DNA from: a virus
Length of the DNA: 64,000 nt
Strand: one strand, 5' to 3'
Virus record (IMG/VR): IMGVR_UViG_3300036846_001209
Span: 8,715 to 72,714 of that record
Below, in pieces: positions 8,640 through 16,552 of the stretch; the first letter of the stretch is position 1; each line of letters begins with the position of its first letter. The notes beneath the pieces were generated by a model that made no database searches, had not been told where the DNA came from, and saw only the letters and a list, made by a program, of their open reading frames with translations. Position numbers and translations under genes: made by a program.

Positions 8640-9120
8640 ACACAGGCCTGTCTGGCCGTCTACCCTAAGCCACTGATTTCACTGCGGTTAGTCAGGGCAA
8701 GACAGAAAACAGGCACTTCCAAAGACTCTCCCATGTGCGCGCGTGAGTAGGCAATAACTAGACCCCTCGTGAGTCTCGTGGCGCCCCACCCCCGACCCCT
8801 CTGGGAGACTGCTGTCGCACCTCTAGTGCGGGCCTGCGCTGTTACCTGTCTTATATGTCTAGACTGTCTAAAGAGAGAGAGAACAAGGGGTTATGGCTCA
8901 GACGGTCTAGACGACCTAGACGACCTCTGAGTTGCGACGAGGCACGACCGCGGCACGAAGAACGCCGATTAGTCCAACGATCTCAGTCACTTGCTAAGTG
9001 GTGTGCGCTTGGTTGGCGCCCGGCATCGGCTGCGGCTGGGGTCGAGGGCGGGAGGCGACGAGTGGGTAGGACGGATGCGACAACATATGGCACGCGGATG
9101 ACACTCACAGCGGTCAACCG
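8640..9120. other. non-coding control region (candidate origin/packaging site) with AGAC/GTCT repeats and IHF-like sites
   Basis: Lower GC, divergent gene boundary, repeats at 8856-8870 and 8899-8927, WATCARNNNNTTR match at 8666-8678 (-). Confidence 0.55.
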
Positions 9121-9122
9121 AC

Positions 9123-9152
9123 TTGACGGAGGCGTCATAAAACGCCTATGTT
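9123..9152 (+). promoter_or_regulatory. sigma70-like early promoter with internal inverted repeat
   Basis: TTGACG-N18-TATGTT; AGGCGT-N6-ACGCCT in the spacer. Confidence 0.6.
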
Positions 9153-9202
9153 CGGGGTGTTCAGCGGCCTTCGCCGCGCCCACGCCAAGGACTCTCGACC
9201 CC

Positions 9203-9754
9203 ATGACCTACCTGACCCTGCGCTCTCAGGCGCACCACCAGATGATCGAAGCGCAACTGGCGGGCTTCGCCGAGGAAGCCGCCGAGGAAGCCGCCAACGG
9301 CGAGCGCAGCATCGACGGCGCCCGCATCTACGGCAAGGCGATGAACACCATCATCGACTTCCTGGCCGTGCAGCGCGGCCAGCAGGCCTACCCCGTGCGC
9401 ATCGACCTGAGCATCTGCACGCCGGGCATGCGCGCCGACCTCGCCGAGGCAGTCGGCAACATCCACGACTGCGGCGCCCCGACCGAGGAGATCATCGCCA
9501 CCATCACCGACGACGACCACACCGCTTGGCTGCGCCGCCGCGCGCCCGACTACGGGTTCTTCCCCGCCGACCGTCCGGTGGGCGTGCGCGACGCCATCCT
9601 CGCCGCCTACGAGCGTTGCGAGGCGGCGGGCGAGCATCCGGGCGTGCTGGCGACGCTGGCGGCGCTGCTGGCCCAGCAGGGCTGCGAACACTTCGACCCC
9701 GCCGTCACCGACGGTTGGCTGACCCACCTCTGCGATATCGCCATCTTCGGCTGA
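9203..9754 (+). CDS. early hypothetical protein
   Basis: ATG 9203 after AAGGA; GC3-biased codons start here. Confidence 0.7.
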   Translation: MTYLTLRSQAHHQMIEAQLAGFAEEAAEEAANGERSIDGARIYGKAMNTIIDFLAVQRGQQAYPVRIDLSICTPGMRADLAEAVGNIHDCGAPTEEIIATITDDDHTAWLRRRAPDYGFFPADRPVGVRDAILAAYERCEAAGEHPGVLATLAALLAQQGCEHFDPAVTDGWLTHLCDIAIFG

Positions 9755-9858
9755 CCTCTCAGCGGCGGGCGGCATGAGGCGCCGCCCGCTCACTGAGCGG
9801 CCAGACCGTTCCAACCGGGCCAAGGCCCACCACACGCCAACCTGAAGGACTACCGACC

Positions 9859-10305
9859 ATGACCATCACGACCATCGAACGCGCCGTCGCCAAGGCGCTG
9901 CACGCCGACCTCGCCGCCGCCATCAAGGCCTCGACGCACCTCGCTGCGGTCGCCGCCAAGTACGGGCTGATCATCACCCCGACCAACGCCTCGTTCGACG
10001 GCGCGTCGATGACCATCAAGGTCAAGGCCGCCGTGCCGCTGAGCGCGGCGGCGGTGCGCGCCGACCTCGTCCAACTGGCGGCGATGGAAGGCTTCGACGC
10101 CTCTGGGACGTCGAAGGACGGCAAGTACAAGGTCACCGACTACGGGCGCGGCAAGCAGCCCTGGAAGATGGGCCTCGCCGACGGCTCCGAGCCGCAGCGC
10201 TACTGGAAGGCGGACAGCCGCTGGATGCTGCGCGCCTTCCCGCCCGTGAAGGACGACCAGAAGGTCGTCATCACCGAGGTCGACGACCTGATCGCCAAAG
10301 CCTGA
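9859..10305 (+). CDS. early hypothetical protein
   Basis: 148 aa, RBS GAAGGA. Confidence 0.75.
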   Translation: MTITTIERAVAKALHADLAAAIKASTHLAAVAAKYGLIITPTNASFDGASMTIKVKAAVPLSAAAVRADLVQLAAMEGFDASGTSKDGKYKVTDYGRGKQPWKMGLADGSEPQRYWKADSRWMLRAFPPVKDDQKVVITEVDDLIAKA

Positions 10306-10369
10306 GCGCACCCCCGCAACCCCAACCCAAGGCCCCGCGCATCCCGCGCGGGGCGAGGAGATCAAGACC

Positions 10370-10894
10370 ATGTACGACCGCTTTCAACGCGACCGCGCCG
10401 TCATCTGGGTGGCGCAGGATATCGGCGACCACGGGCCTGTGGCGCAGGCGGCGTTCGCCTCGCCGACCGACGCGCTGAACTACGCCGAGGTGCAGATCCG
10501 CCAACTCGGCGGCTGGCCCTGCCACTTCACCATCGCGGGCAAGACGGTGCGCGCGGACGCCTTCCTGACGCGCGACCACGCCTTCAAGTGGCTCTGCGAC
10601 ATGAGCGTCTACGGGCGCGTGGTGCCTGACGCGCAGTGGCGCGGCGTCACGCCCGAGACGCTGGTGCGCCTCGTCGAGGACGGCGACGAGGAGCGCGGCT
10701 ACCCCGACGAGGTCAGCGTGCTGACGCTGGGCCGGTTCTTCGACCTCAACCAGATGCAGGCGGACGAACAGGCGCCCATCGTCGCCTGCCTGAACAGCAG
10801 CCAGGAGTGGGTCGCGGGCGGCGGCGCGGCCCCGATCTGGTGGCTGCACGTGGCGCCTGAGGGCGCGGTCGCCGACGTCGAGGGGGCTGCCTGA
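10370..10894 (+). CDS. early hypothetical protein
   Basis: 174 aa, RBS GAGGAG. Confidence 0.75.
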   Translation: MYDRFQRDRAVIWVAQDIGDHGPVAQAAFASPTDALNYAEVQIRQLGGWPCHFTIAGKTVRADAFLTRDHAFKWLCDMSVYGRVVPDAQWRGVTPETLVRLVEDGDEERGYPDEVSVLTLGRFFDLNQMQADEQAPIVACLNSSQEWVAGGGAAPIWWLHVAPEGAVADVEGAA

Positions 10895-11154
10895 TGCGCC
10901 CCTGCTTCTTCACCTTCTCCGGTGACGACACCTACGCGGGCCTCGCCCACGGCACCACGTGGAACGGCTTCGACAACGTCAGCATCACCCCTGCGGTGCG
11001 CGACCAGATCGTCGCGGACATGGTCGAGGCCGGTTGGGACGACGAGGACTGCGTCGCCGAACTGCGCCGCCAGACGCCCGACGAGGACGGGCTGATCGAT
11101 CTTTCGAACGGCTGGGCGACGCAGTTGCTCGCCGACAATGGGGCGAGGGCGTGA
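10894..11154 (+). CDS. early hypothetical protein
   Basis: TGATG-coupled, acidic 86 aa. Confidence 0.7.
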   Translation: MRPCFFTFSGDDTYAGLAHGTTWNGFDNVSITPAVRDQIVADMVEAGWDDEDCVAELRRQTPDEDGLIDLSNGWATQLLADNGARA

Positions 11155-11405
11155 TGCGCGAACACACCGAGGCCTACGACGCCTGGATGGCGACGGGCGC
11201 GAGCCGGGAGACAAGCCCGGCGATCATGCGCGCGCTCTGGCTGATCTGCGCCGACCCGGCGAGCGCCGAGTTCGTCTGGGAGAACGGGCTGGCCTACGTC
11301 GACGAGGCGTCGACGCACGCCTTCATGGACATGGTCAGCAGCGACGGCACGAAGGATCCGCGCGACTTCGTCTGGGGCGCCGCAGGCGCCGATTGGCAGG
11401 ACTGA
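11154..11405 (+). CDS. early hypothetical protein
   Basis: TGATG-coupled start MREHTEAY. Confidence 0.7.
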   Translation: MREHTEAYDAWMATGASRETSPAIMRALWLICADPASAEFVWENGLAYVDEASTHAFMDMVSSDGTKDPRDFVWGAAGADWQD

Positions 11406-11480
11406 CGTTCGCCGAGAGGGGGCGCGTGACAGGCGCCCCTTCGTACGAGCGCCAGAACTCACCACCGAGGAGATACCCCC

Positions 11481-11663
11481 ATGCCCGCCCAGCTGGACGA
11501 CCAGTTCGTCGTCCTCGCCTACTTCGACAACTCGGACCCCGACGTCTGGGGACCATACCCGAGCCGCGCCGATGCGCTCGACGCGCTGAAGGCGCTCGCC
11601 CCGCGCTATGACGGCGACGACAGCCTGACCGAGATCACCATCCACAAACTGATGAGCCTGTGA
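11481..11663 (+). CDS. early hypothetical protein
   Basis: 60 aa, RBS GAGGAG. Confidence 0.7.
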   Translation: MPAQLDDQFVVLAYFDNSDPDVWGPYPSRADALDALKALAPRYDGDDSLTEITIHKLMSL

Positions 11664-12115
11664 CGATGACCGTGTTCAACGTCTACCGCGCCGAGGGGCG
11701 GCGCCTCTTCCTCGTCTGGCAGGGCGAGGCCGCGCACGCGCCGGGCGCGCAACTGGCCGCCTACGAGGCGCGCCCCGACCTTCGCACCCAACCCCTCTCG
11801 GTCCGCAGCGCGGACCGCGACCCCTACGAGGGCAGCCCGCGCGTGACGATGGAGACGCTGGGAACCAGCGCCTACCGGACCGAGGCCTCGCGCGCGGCGG
11901 TGCGGGGCATCGCTGCGATCCTGGCGATGCTGCCGCTCAACCTGCGCGCCGACGTCGTCGAGGAGGCGTTCGGGGCGGGCCTGCCCGAGGCGTGGGCGGA
12001 CAAGTTCCGCGAGGAGTACGGGAACGAGCCGATGCCCGTGCTGCTGATCGGCGGCGAGATCGCCAGCGACGTCATCGACCTCTACGAGGCGGACGACGCC
12101 CAGGTGACGCCATGA
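11660..12115 (+). CDS. early hypothetical protein
   Basis: 151 aa, coupled. Confidence 0.65.
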   Translation: MTMTVFNVYRAEGRRLFLVWQGEAAHAPGAQLAAYEARPDLRTQPLSVRSADRDPYEGSPRVTMETLGTSAYRTEASRAAVRGIAAILAMLPLNLRADVVEEAFGAGLPEAWADKFREEYGNEPMPVLLIGGEIASDVIDLYEADDAQVTP

Positions 12116-12423
12116 CGAGGCCGCTCGCCCAGCACCTGATCGTCAAGGCCAGCGGCGTCGGCGGCACGGTGTACGCCTGTCCGTTCTGCCGTCACTCGGA
12201 GCGCGCGCCGAGGCATCCACCTGGGCGCGCGCCGAGCGGCCACGGCTGGCGCACCACGGCGCTGCTGACCGGCGCGCTGGTCACGCACATGCGCAGCGTC
12301 CACGCGCCGCTGGTCGCCGCTGCGATCACCCACATGGCCGAGGATCTGAAGGCGCGCGGCGGCTGGCGGGGCGACACCGCCCGCCTCGCGGTGGCGAAGG
12401 CGAAGCGCGAGGCGCCTGCGTGA
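12112..12423 (+). CDS. small protein with possible C2H2-type zinc site
   Basis: YACPFC...HMRSVH; ATGA-coupled. Confidence 0.55.
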   Translation: MTRPLAQHLIVKASGVGGTVYACPFCRHSERAPRHPPGRAPSGHGWRTTALLTGALVTHMRSVHAPLVAAAITHMAEDLKARGGWRGDTARLAVAKAKREAPA

Positions 12424-13265
12424 GGGGGGACCTCGAGGCCGGCCCCCCCGGCCTGGCCGGGGCCGCGCCGACGATCTATCACGGCACGCCGTTCACGCCG
12501 CGCGCGGCGCTCCTAGATATCCTGCCGGGCCGCGCCGCCTTCGTCTCGTTCTACCGGCCCGATGACGTCGACGCCGTGGAACAGGTCTGCGCGCAGATCG
12601 GCTACGACCACGGCGGCGCCTCGTTCTGGTTCGCGGCGATGCGGTTGGGCCAGGAGTGGGACGAGGCTGACCGGCAGGGTTGGTGGCGCGCCTACTATGC
12701 GTGGCTTGAGCCGCGGCTTCAGCCGGGGCGATGGGCGCTGCTGCCCGACAGCCCAGGCGCGCCGAGCCAGATCAACGACGCCCTCCTCTACGATTGGCCG
12801 TTCGGCCCTGCCTACGGCGTCCCGGTCTGGCATATGGACGGGCCGCTACAGAGGCTCGGGCGCCTGTGCGAACGCTACGACAAGGTGGCGCTGGGCTGGA
12901 TCGGAGATCCCAAGAAGGAACAGGTGGGCTGCCCGCGCTATCGTGAGCGGATGGAGGAGATCGACGCCTTCTTCGGCAACCGATGGCACCCCACCCACAT
13001 GTTGCGCGGCATCAAGGTCGCCTTCGACTACCCGTTCGACGGCGCCGACTCGACCAGCCTCGCCCAGAACGGACACCTCTATGACAGCCCCTTCGACGCC
13101 CTCTGGGGCGACCGCTGGCGCGGCCGCCGCGCCTATGCCGACGCCCTGGAGCGCAAGATCGCTCTCAGGCGTCACCGACCAGCTGGTCGCCTTGCACGAC
13201 GATCCGATCATGGACGAGGGGATCCACCTCCACCGCTGGGAGGTGGCGGCTTACTGGATCTCTGA
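12420..13265 (+). CDS. TGT/DpdA-like (base-exchange TIM barrel) protein
   Basis: YDHGGASFW, LLPD, PVWH, HMLRG and FDGADSTS motifs align by eye with the tRNA/DNA-guanine transglycosylase pattern. Confidence 0.6.
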   Translation: MRGDLEAGPPGLAGAAPTIYHGTPFTPRAALLDILPGRAAFVSFYRPDDVDAVEQVCAQIGYDHGGASFWFAAMRLGQEWDEADRQGWWRAYYAWLEPRLQPGRWALLPDSPGAPSQINDALLYDWPFGPAYGVPVWHMDGPLQRLGRLCERYDKVALGWIGDPKKEQVGCPRYRERMEEIDAFFGNRWHPTHMLRGIKVAFDYPFDGADSTSLAQNGHLYDSPFDALWGDRWRGRRAYADALERKIALRRHRPAGRLARRSDHGRGDPPPPLGGGGLLDL

Positions 13266-13500
13266 GCCGTTCCGCGACGGGCGTGCGCTGAAGGCCGGCC
13301 TGCACGATCTGCTGGCGCATCTGCCCGGCCCGGACGGTCTGCTGCCGCCTGAGCTCTGGAGCGCCGAGGCGCTGGCGCTGGCGATCTGCCGCCTGCTGCC
13401 GTGGTGCGTAGCGGTGCGCATCACGCGCGCCGAGGGCTACGAGGTGATCGTCTGGTTGCCGGATACGTCAAACGAGATTGACGACCCTAGTCGGACATGA
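13135..13500 (+). CDS. QueD/PTPS-like T-fold protein (short, divergent)
   Basis: ALH...IHLHRWEV (cf. AAH...HGH) and SAEALALAI...VRITR; overlaps the 3' end of the TGT-like gene. Confidence 0.5.
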   Translation: MPTPWSARSLSGVTDQLVALHDDPIMDEGIHLHRWEVAAYWISEPFRDGRALKAGLHDLLAHLPGPDGLLPPELWSAEALALAICRLLPWCVAVRITRAEGYEVIVWLPDTSNEIDDPSRT

Positions 13501-13534
13501 TCTATAGGACTCCTCACACGCCAGGAGGCATCAA

Positions 13535-13936
13535 GTGACTACCCCAACCCGCGACTTGGACACGGCTTACGCCGAGGCCGCCGCCTTCGACCTGAAGCAG
13601 GCGATGGCGCAACTGGACGCCTACGGGCGCCTGGAGTGGATGGTCGGCAACGCCGATTGGGTGGCGTGCTTCGACGCCGCTCTCGGGCCGCACGGCGTCG
13701 TCTACCATGTCGTGGTGGACTGCGAGAGCGGCGGCTTCACCCAGACGCAGGAGGCGGGCGAGGTCCCGCTGCGCGACGCGCTCACCAAACTGGCGGGCTT
13801 GCCCTACGCCTACGCTTGTCTGTGCGCTGACGCCTGCGACGGCGACAGCCTGCCGTCCAACGAGGACGTCGAGGCCTGCGTCGCCTCCTGGCGCGCGCAT
13901 CTGGAAACCCTGATCGAAGAGGCGGACGCAGCATGA
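13535..13936 (+). CDS. early hypothetical protein
   Basis: GTG start with AGGAGG; TTGACG promoter-like element at 13478. Confidence 0.7.
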   Translation: MTTPTRDLDTAYAEAAAFDLKQAMAQLDAYGRLEWMVGNADWVACFDAALGPHGVVYHVVVDCESGGFTQTQEAGEVPLRDALTKLAGLPYAYACLCADACDGDSLPSNEDVEACVASWRAHLETLIEEADAA

Positions 13937-14223
13937 GCATCACCGCAACCGAGACGCCGACGCAGCGCGCCCAGCGCCTCGCCCGCGAAACCGCCGACGC
14001 CTACTCGTTCGACGCCTACGGCGCGCGCCAGTGGTTCCTGGCCGCCAAGGGCCTCGTCGATCTCGGCTACAGCGACGCCGAGGTCGAGGCGATCCTGCGC
14101 TCCAAGTGGACGCGCTGGGCGCGCGACGCGCACTCGTCCTACGAGGGCAAGGGCCAGTGGGTCATCGACTTCGTGCTGATGCACGAAGGCGAACCCGGCT
14201 ACCTCGTCGGTGACCTCCTGTGA
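13933..14223 (+). CDS. hypothetical phage protein
   Basis: 96 aa, coupled; ILRSKWTRWARD. Confidence 0.7.
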   Translation: MSITATETPTQRAQRLARETADAYSFDAYGARQWFLAAKGLVDLGYSDAEVEAILRSKWTRWARDAHSSYEGKGQWVIDFVLMHEGEPGYLVGDLL

Positions 14224-14405
14224 CGCGCTCCACCTCGCCCAACCTCGCCGGATACGAGGCGCGCCTCGCGAACGGCGGCTTCGGCGGCATGCGCGCTGTC
14301 GCGGCCGCCGCCTTCGTCGCCGCCTTCGAAGCCGACCAGCGGCTCGCCTGGAAGGCCGCGCTCGCCTGGATGGCGGGCGCCCAACCCAAGGAACACACGC
14401 CATGA
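14220..14405 (+). CDS. hypothetical protein
   Basis: 61 aa, coupled at both ends. Confidence 0.55.
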   Translation: MTRSTSPNLAGYEARLANGGFGGMRAVAAAAFVAAFEADQRLAWKAALAWMAGAQPKEHTP

Positions 14406-15037
14406 CCATCGCTGCGCTCTTCGTCGAAACCGACGGCGCCTACTTCAACTGCCCCGGCGTCGAGGCTTGGGACGTCGTCCGTGACGCCCGCCGCTACGCC
14501 GGGCCATACCCGGTCGTCGCGCACCCTCCGTGCCAGCGGTGGGGCCGCTACGCCGCTTCGCACCCCATCACAGGCAAGATCGCCGAGGTGGGCGCGGACG
14601 ACGGCTGCTTCGAAGCCGCGCTCGCCGCGGTGCGCATCTGGGGCGGCGTCATCGAACATCCGGCGCACTCCAAGGCGTGGGCCGAGTTCGGGCTGGTCAA
14701 GCCGTCGCACCACGGCGGCTGGACCGACCCCGACCTCTGGGGCGGCCGCTCCTGCTACGTCGAGCAAGGCCACTACGGTCACTTCAGCCGCAAGGCCACG
14801 TGGCTCTACGCCGTCGCGCCCCAGCTGCCCGACCTCGTCTGGGGGCCTGCCGAACAGCGGCTCCCGGCCTATGCGGTCGAGCGGTACGGCTACGCCAAGG
14901 CGCGCCGCATCGGGGTGATGGCGGCGGTAGGCGGCAAGCACAAGACGCGCATCCGCAACGCCACCCCGCCCGCCTTCCGCGACCTGTTGCTGGCGATCGC
15001 CAGCGGCGCGGCGCGCACCATGTCGGAGGCCGCGTGA
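14402..15037 (+). CDS. atypical C5-cytosine methyltransferase-like protein
   Basis: VVAHPPCQ (motif IV-like), VIEHP (VI-like), QGHYGH..RKATWLY (VIII-like); no canonical FxGxG. Confidence 0.6.
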   Translation: MTIAALFVETDGAYFNCPGVEAWDVVRDARRYAGPYPVVAHPPCQRWGRYAASHPITGKIAEVGADDGCFEAALAAVRIWGGVIEHPAHSKAWAEFGLVKPSHHGGWTDPDLWGGRSCYVEQGHYGHFSRKATWLYAVAPQLPDLVWGPAEQRLPAYAVERYGYAKARRIGVMAAVGGKHKTRIRNATPPAFRDLLLAIASGAARTMSEAA

Positions 15038-15369
15038 TGGGCGCCGAAACCTTCCGCCAGATCGGGCGGGGCGCGACGCACCGCGCCGCCTTCCAGGCCG
15101 CGCGCGATCAGGCGCTCTACGACTACGGGCACCGCGGCTACACCGGCTCGCTCGCCGAGAAGCAGGACTACGTGCTGATCGAGGTCCCGGCGACGTTCGT
15201 CCACGACCCCGAGGTGAAGGGTTGGGCTGGTCCGGTCAGCCGCGAGGCGCAGTACGCCGAGAAACTGATCGACAACGACGATCCGCGCATCTCCTCCAAG
15301 TGGGGGCCTGCGGGCTGCATCCAGATCGCGCTCGGCGAGTGGCTGTTCTTCGGCTGGGCGTCCTCGTGA
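15037..15369 (+). CDS. hypothetical phage protein
   Basis: TGATG-coupled; YGHRGYTGSLAEK...KWGPAGCI...WLFFGWASS. Confidence 0.75.
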   Translation: MGAETFRQIGRGATHRAAFQAARDQALYDYGHRGYTGSLAEKQDYVLIEVPATFVHDPEVKGWAGPVSREAQYAEKLIDNDDPRISSKWGPAGCIQIALGEWLFFGWASS

Positions 15370-15557
15370 TGGAGGATCCCCGCTTCCGCCGCATCGCGCG
15401 GCGCCCCGAACGCGACCACCTGCCGTTCGGGGTCGGCGCCCGCCGCGGCCCGCTGATCAGCCGCCGCGGCTGGCATGTCATCTACTTGGCCTGCTGCTTC
15501 CTTCTGGGGCTGGCGCTGGCCCGCATCCTCGTCGCCCTCATCGGAGCGCACCCATGA
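15369..15557 (+). CDS. small membrane protein
   Basis: Coupled start MEDPRF; hydrophobic C-terminal half. Confidence 0.5.
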   Translation: MEDPRFRRIARRPERDHLPFGVGARRGPLISRRGWHVIYLACCFLLGLALARILVALIGAHP

Positions 15558-15775
15558 AGAAGCCCGCACCCAAACCTGCAGCCGCGCCTGCGACCGCGAA
15601 GCCCGTCGCGTGGCTGATCCGCGAGAGCGGCGGCCAGAACGGTCTGTCGCCGCGCGTCATGTCGGGGCGGATGTTCGTCACCGAGGCCTCCGCGAAGGCG
15701 GCGGCCAAGCGGATGACGACGCGCTTCTGGACGCGCGAGGCCTTCCCGGTGTTCGCGGCGCCGCCCGACGCCTAA
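15554..15775 (+). CDS. hypothetical protein
   Basis: 73 aa, coupled. Confidence 0.55.
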   Translation: MKKPAPKPAAAPATAKPVAWLIRESGGQNGLSPRVMSGRMFVTEASAKAAAKRMTTRFWTREAFPVFAAPPDA

Positions 15776-15784
15776 GACGCGCCC

Positions 15785-16210
15785 GTGCGGACCCTCGAGA
15801 CGTTCAGCGACGCCGACCTCGCGACCGACGCCCAGGTGGACTGCGAGGGCTGCACGATCTGCTGCTGGCACCAGCGCGTGGCGGTGTTCCCCGGCCTCGA
15901 CCCGGTCGAGCTCTACGACGTCGAGGCGATCGGCGGCGAGATCGTCAAACCGGGGGGCGAGAAGCTGGGGCCGATTCTGCTGCTGAAGCAGAAGCCCGAC
16001 GGGTCGTGCATCCATCTCGGCCCCGGCGGCTGCGAGGTCTACGACCATCGCCCGCGCATCTGCCGCTCGTTCGACTGCGGCGGCTGGTTCCGCTCGCAGC
16101 CGCGCCCGGCGCGCCAGCGCATGCTGCGCCAGGATCCCAGCATGCGTCCGCTGATCGAGCGCGGCCGGGTGATCTCGGCGCGGCAGACGGCTGGGCGCGT
16201 CGCGCGTTAA
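15785..16210 (+). CDS. YkgJ-family cysteine-cluster (Zn/Fe) protein
   Basis: CEGCTICC...CIHL...CEVYDHRPRICRSFDC. Confidence 0.8.
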   Translation: MRTLETFSDADLATDAQVDCEGCTICCWHQRVAVFPGLDPVELYDVEAIGGEIVKPGGEKLGPILLLKQKPDGSCIHLGPGGCEVYDHRPRICRSFDCGGWFRSQPRPARQRMLRQDPSMRPLIERGRVISARQTAGRVAR

Positions 16211-16240
16211 GGTGGGGCGCCAACCCCGCTGGAGCTCGCC

Positions 16241-16552
16241 ATGCCCGTCCCCGCCGTCCTCTCCGCAAAGACCCATGCCGCCGTCAACGCCGTCGCCCAG
16301 GCGCGCGCCGAGATGCGCACGCACGACGAGGAGTCGGCTGCGCTGAACGCCGCCGTCGCCGAGGACGTCGCCGACGACAAGATGAACGTCGACGAGGCGA
16401 AAGATCTGCTGGCCGCCTACGGCGTCGCCTACGCGCCGCCGGCCGATGCGCCGAAGTCCAAGGCCAAGCCGCAAGCTGAACTTGAGCTTGAGCCAGAGCC
16501 TGAGCCGGAACCGGAACACCACAAGGGCAAGGGCAAGGCCAAGGCCGACTAG
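16241..16552 (+). CDS. hypothetical protein
   Basis: 103 aa, GGAG RBS, EP-repeat tail. Confidence 0.6.
   Translation: MPVPAVLSAKTHAAVNAVAQARAEMRTHDEESAALNAAVAEDVADDKMNVDEAKDLLAAYGVAYAPPADAPKSKAKPQAELELEPEPEPEPEHHKGKGKAKAD

Noticed and set aside
8855-9202. N-terminal extension of the 299 aa ORF
   Set aside because: Runs through the repeat and promoter region; RBS and codon bias support the start at 9203.
11649-11690. CTGATGAG resembling a hammerhead ribozyme core
   Set aside because: No stem II or GAAA follows, and it lies in coding sequence.
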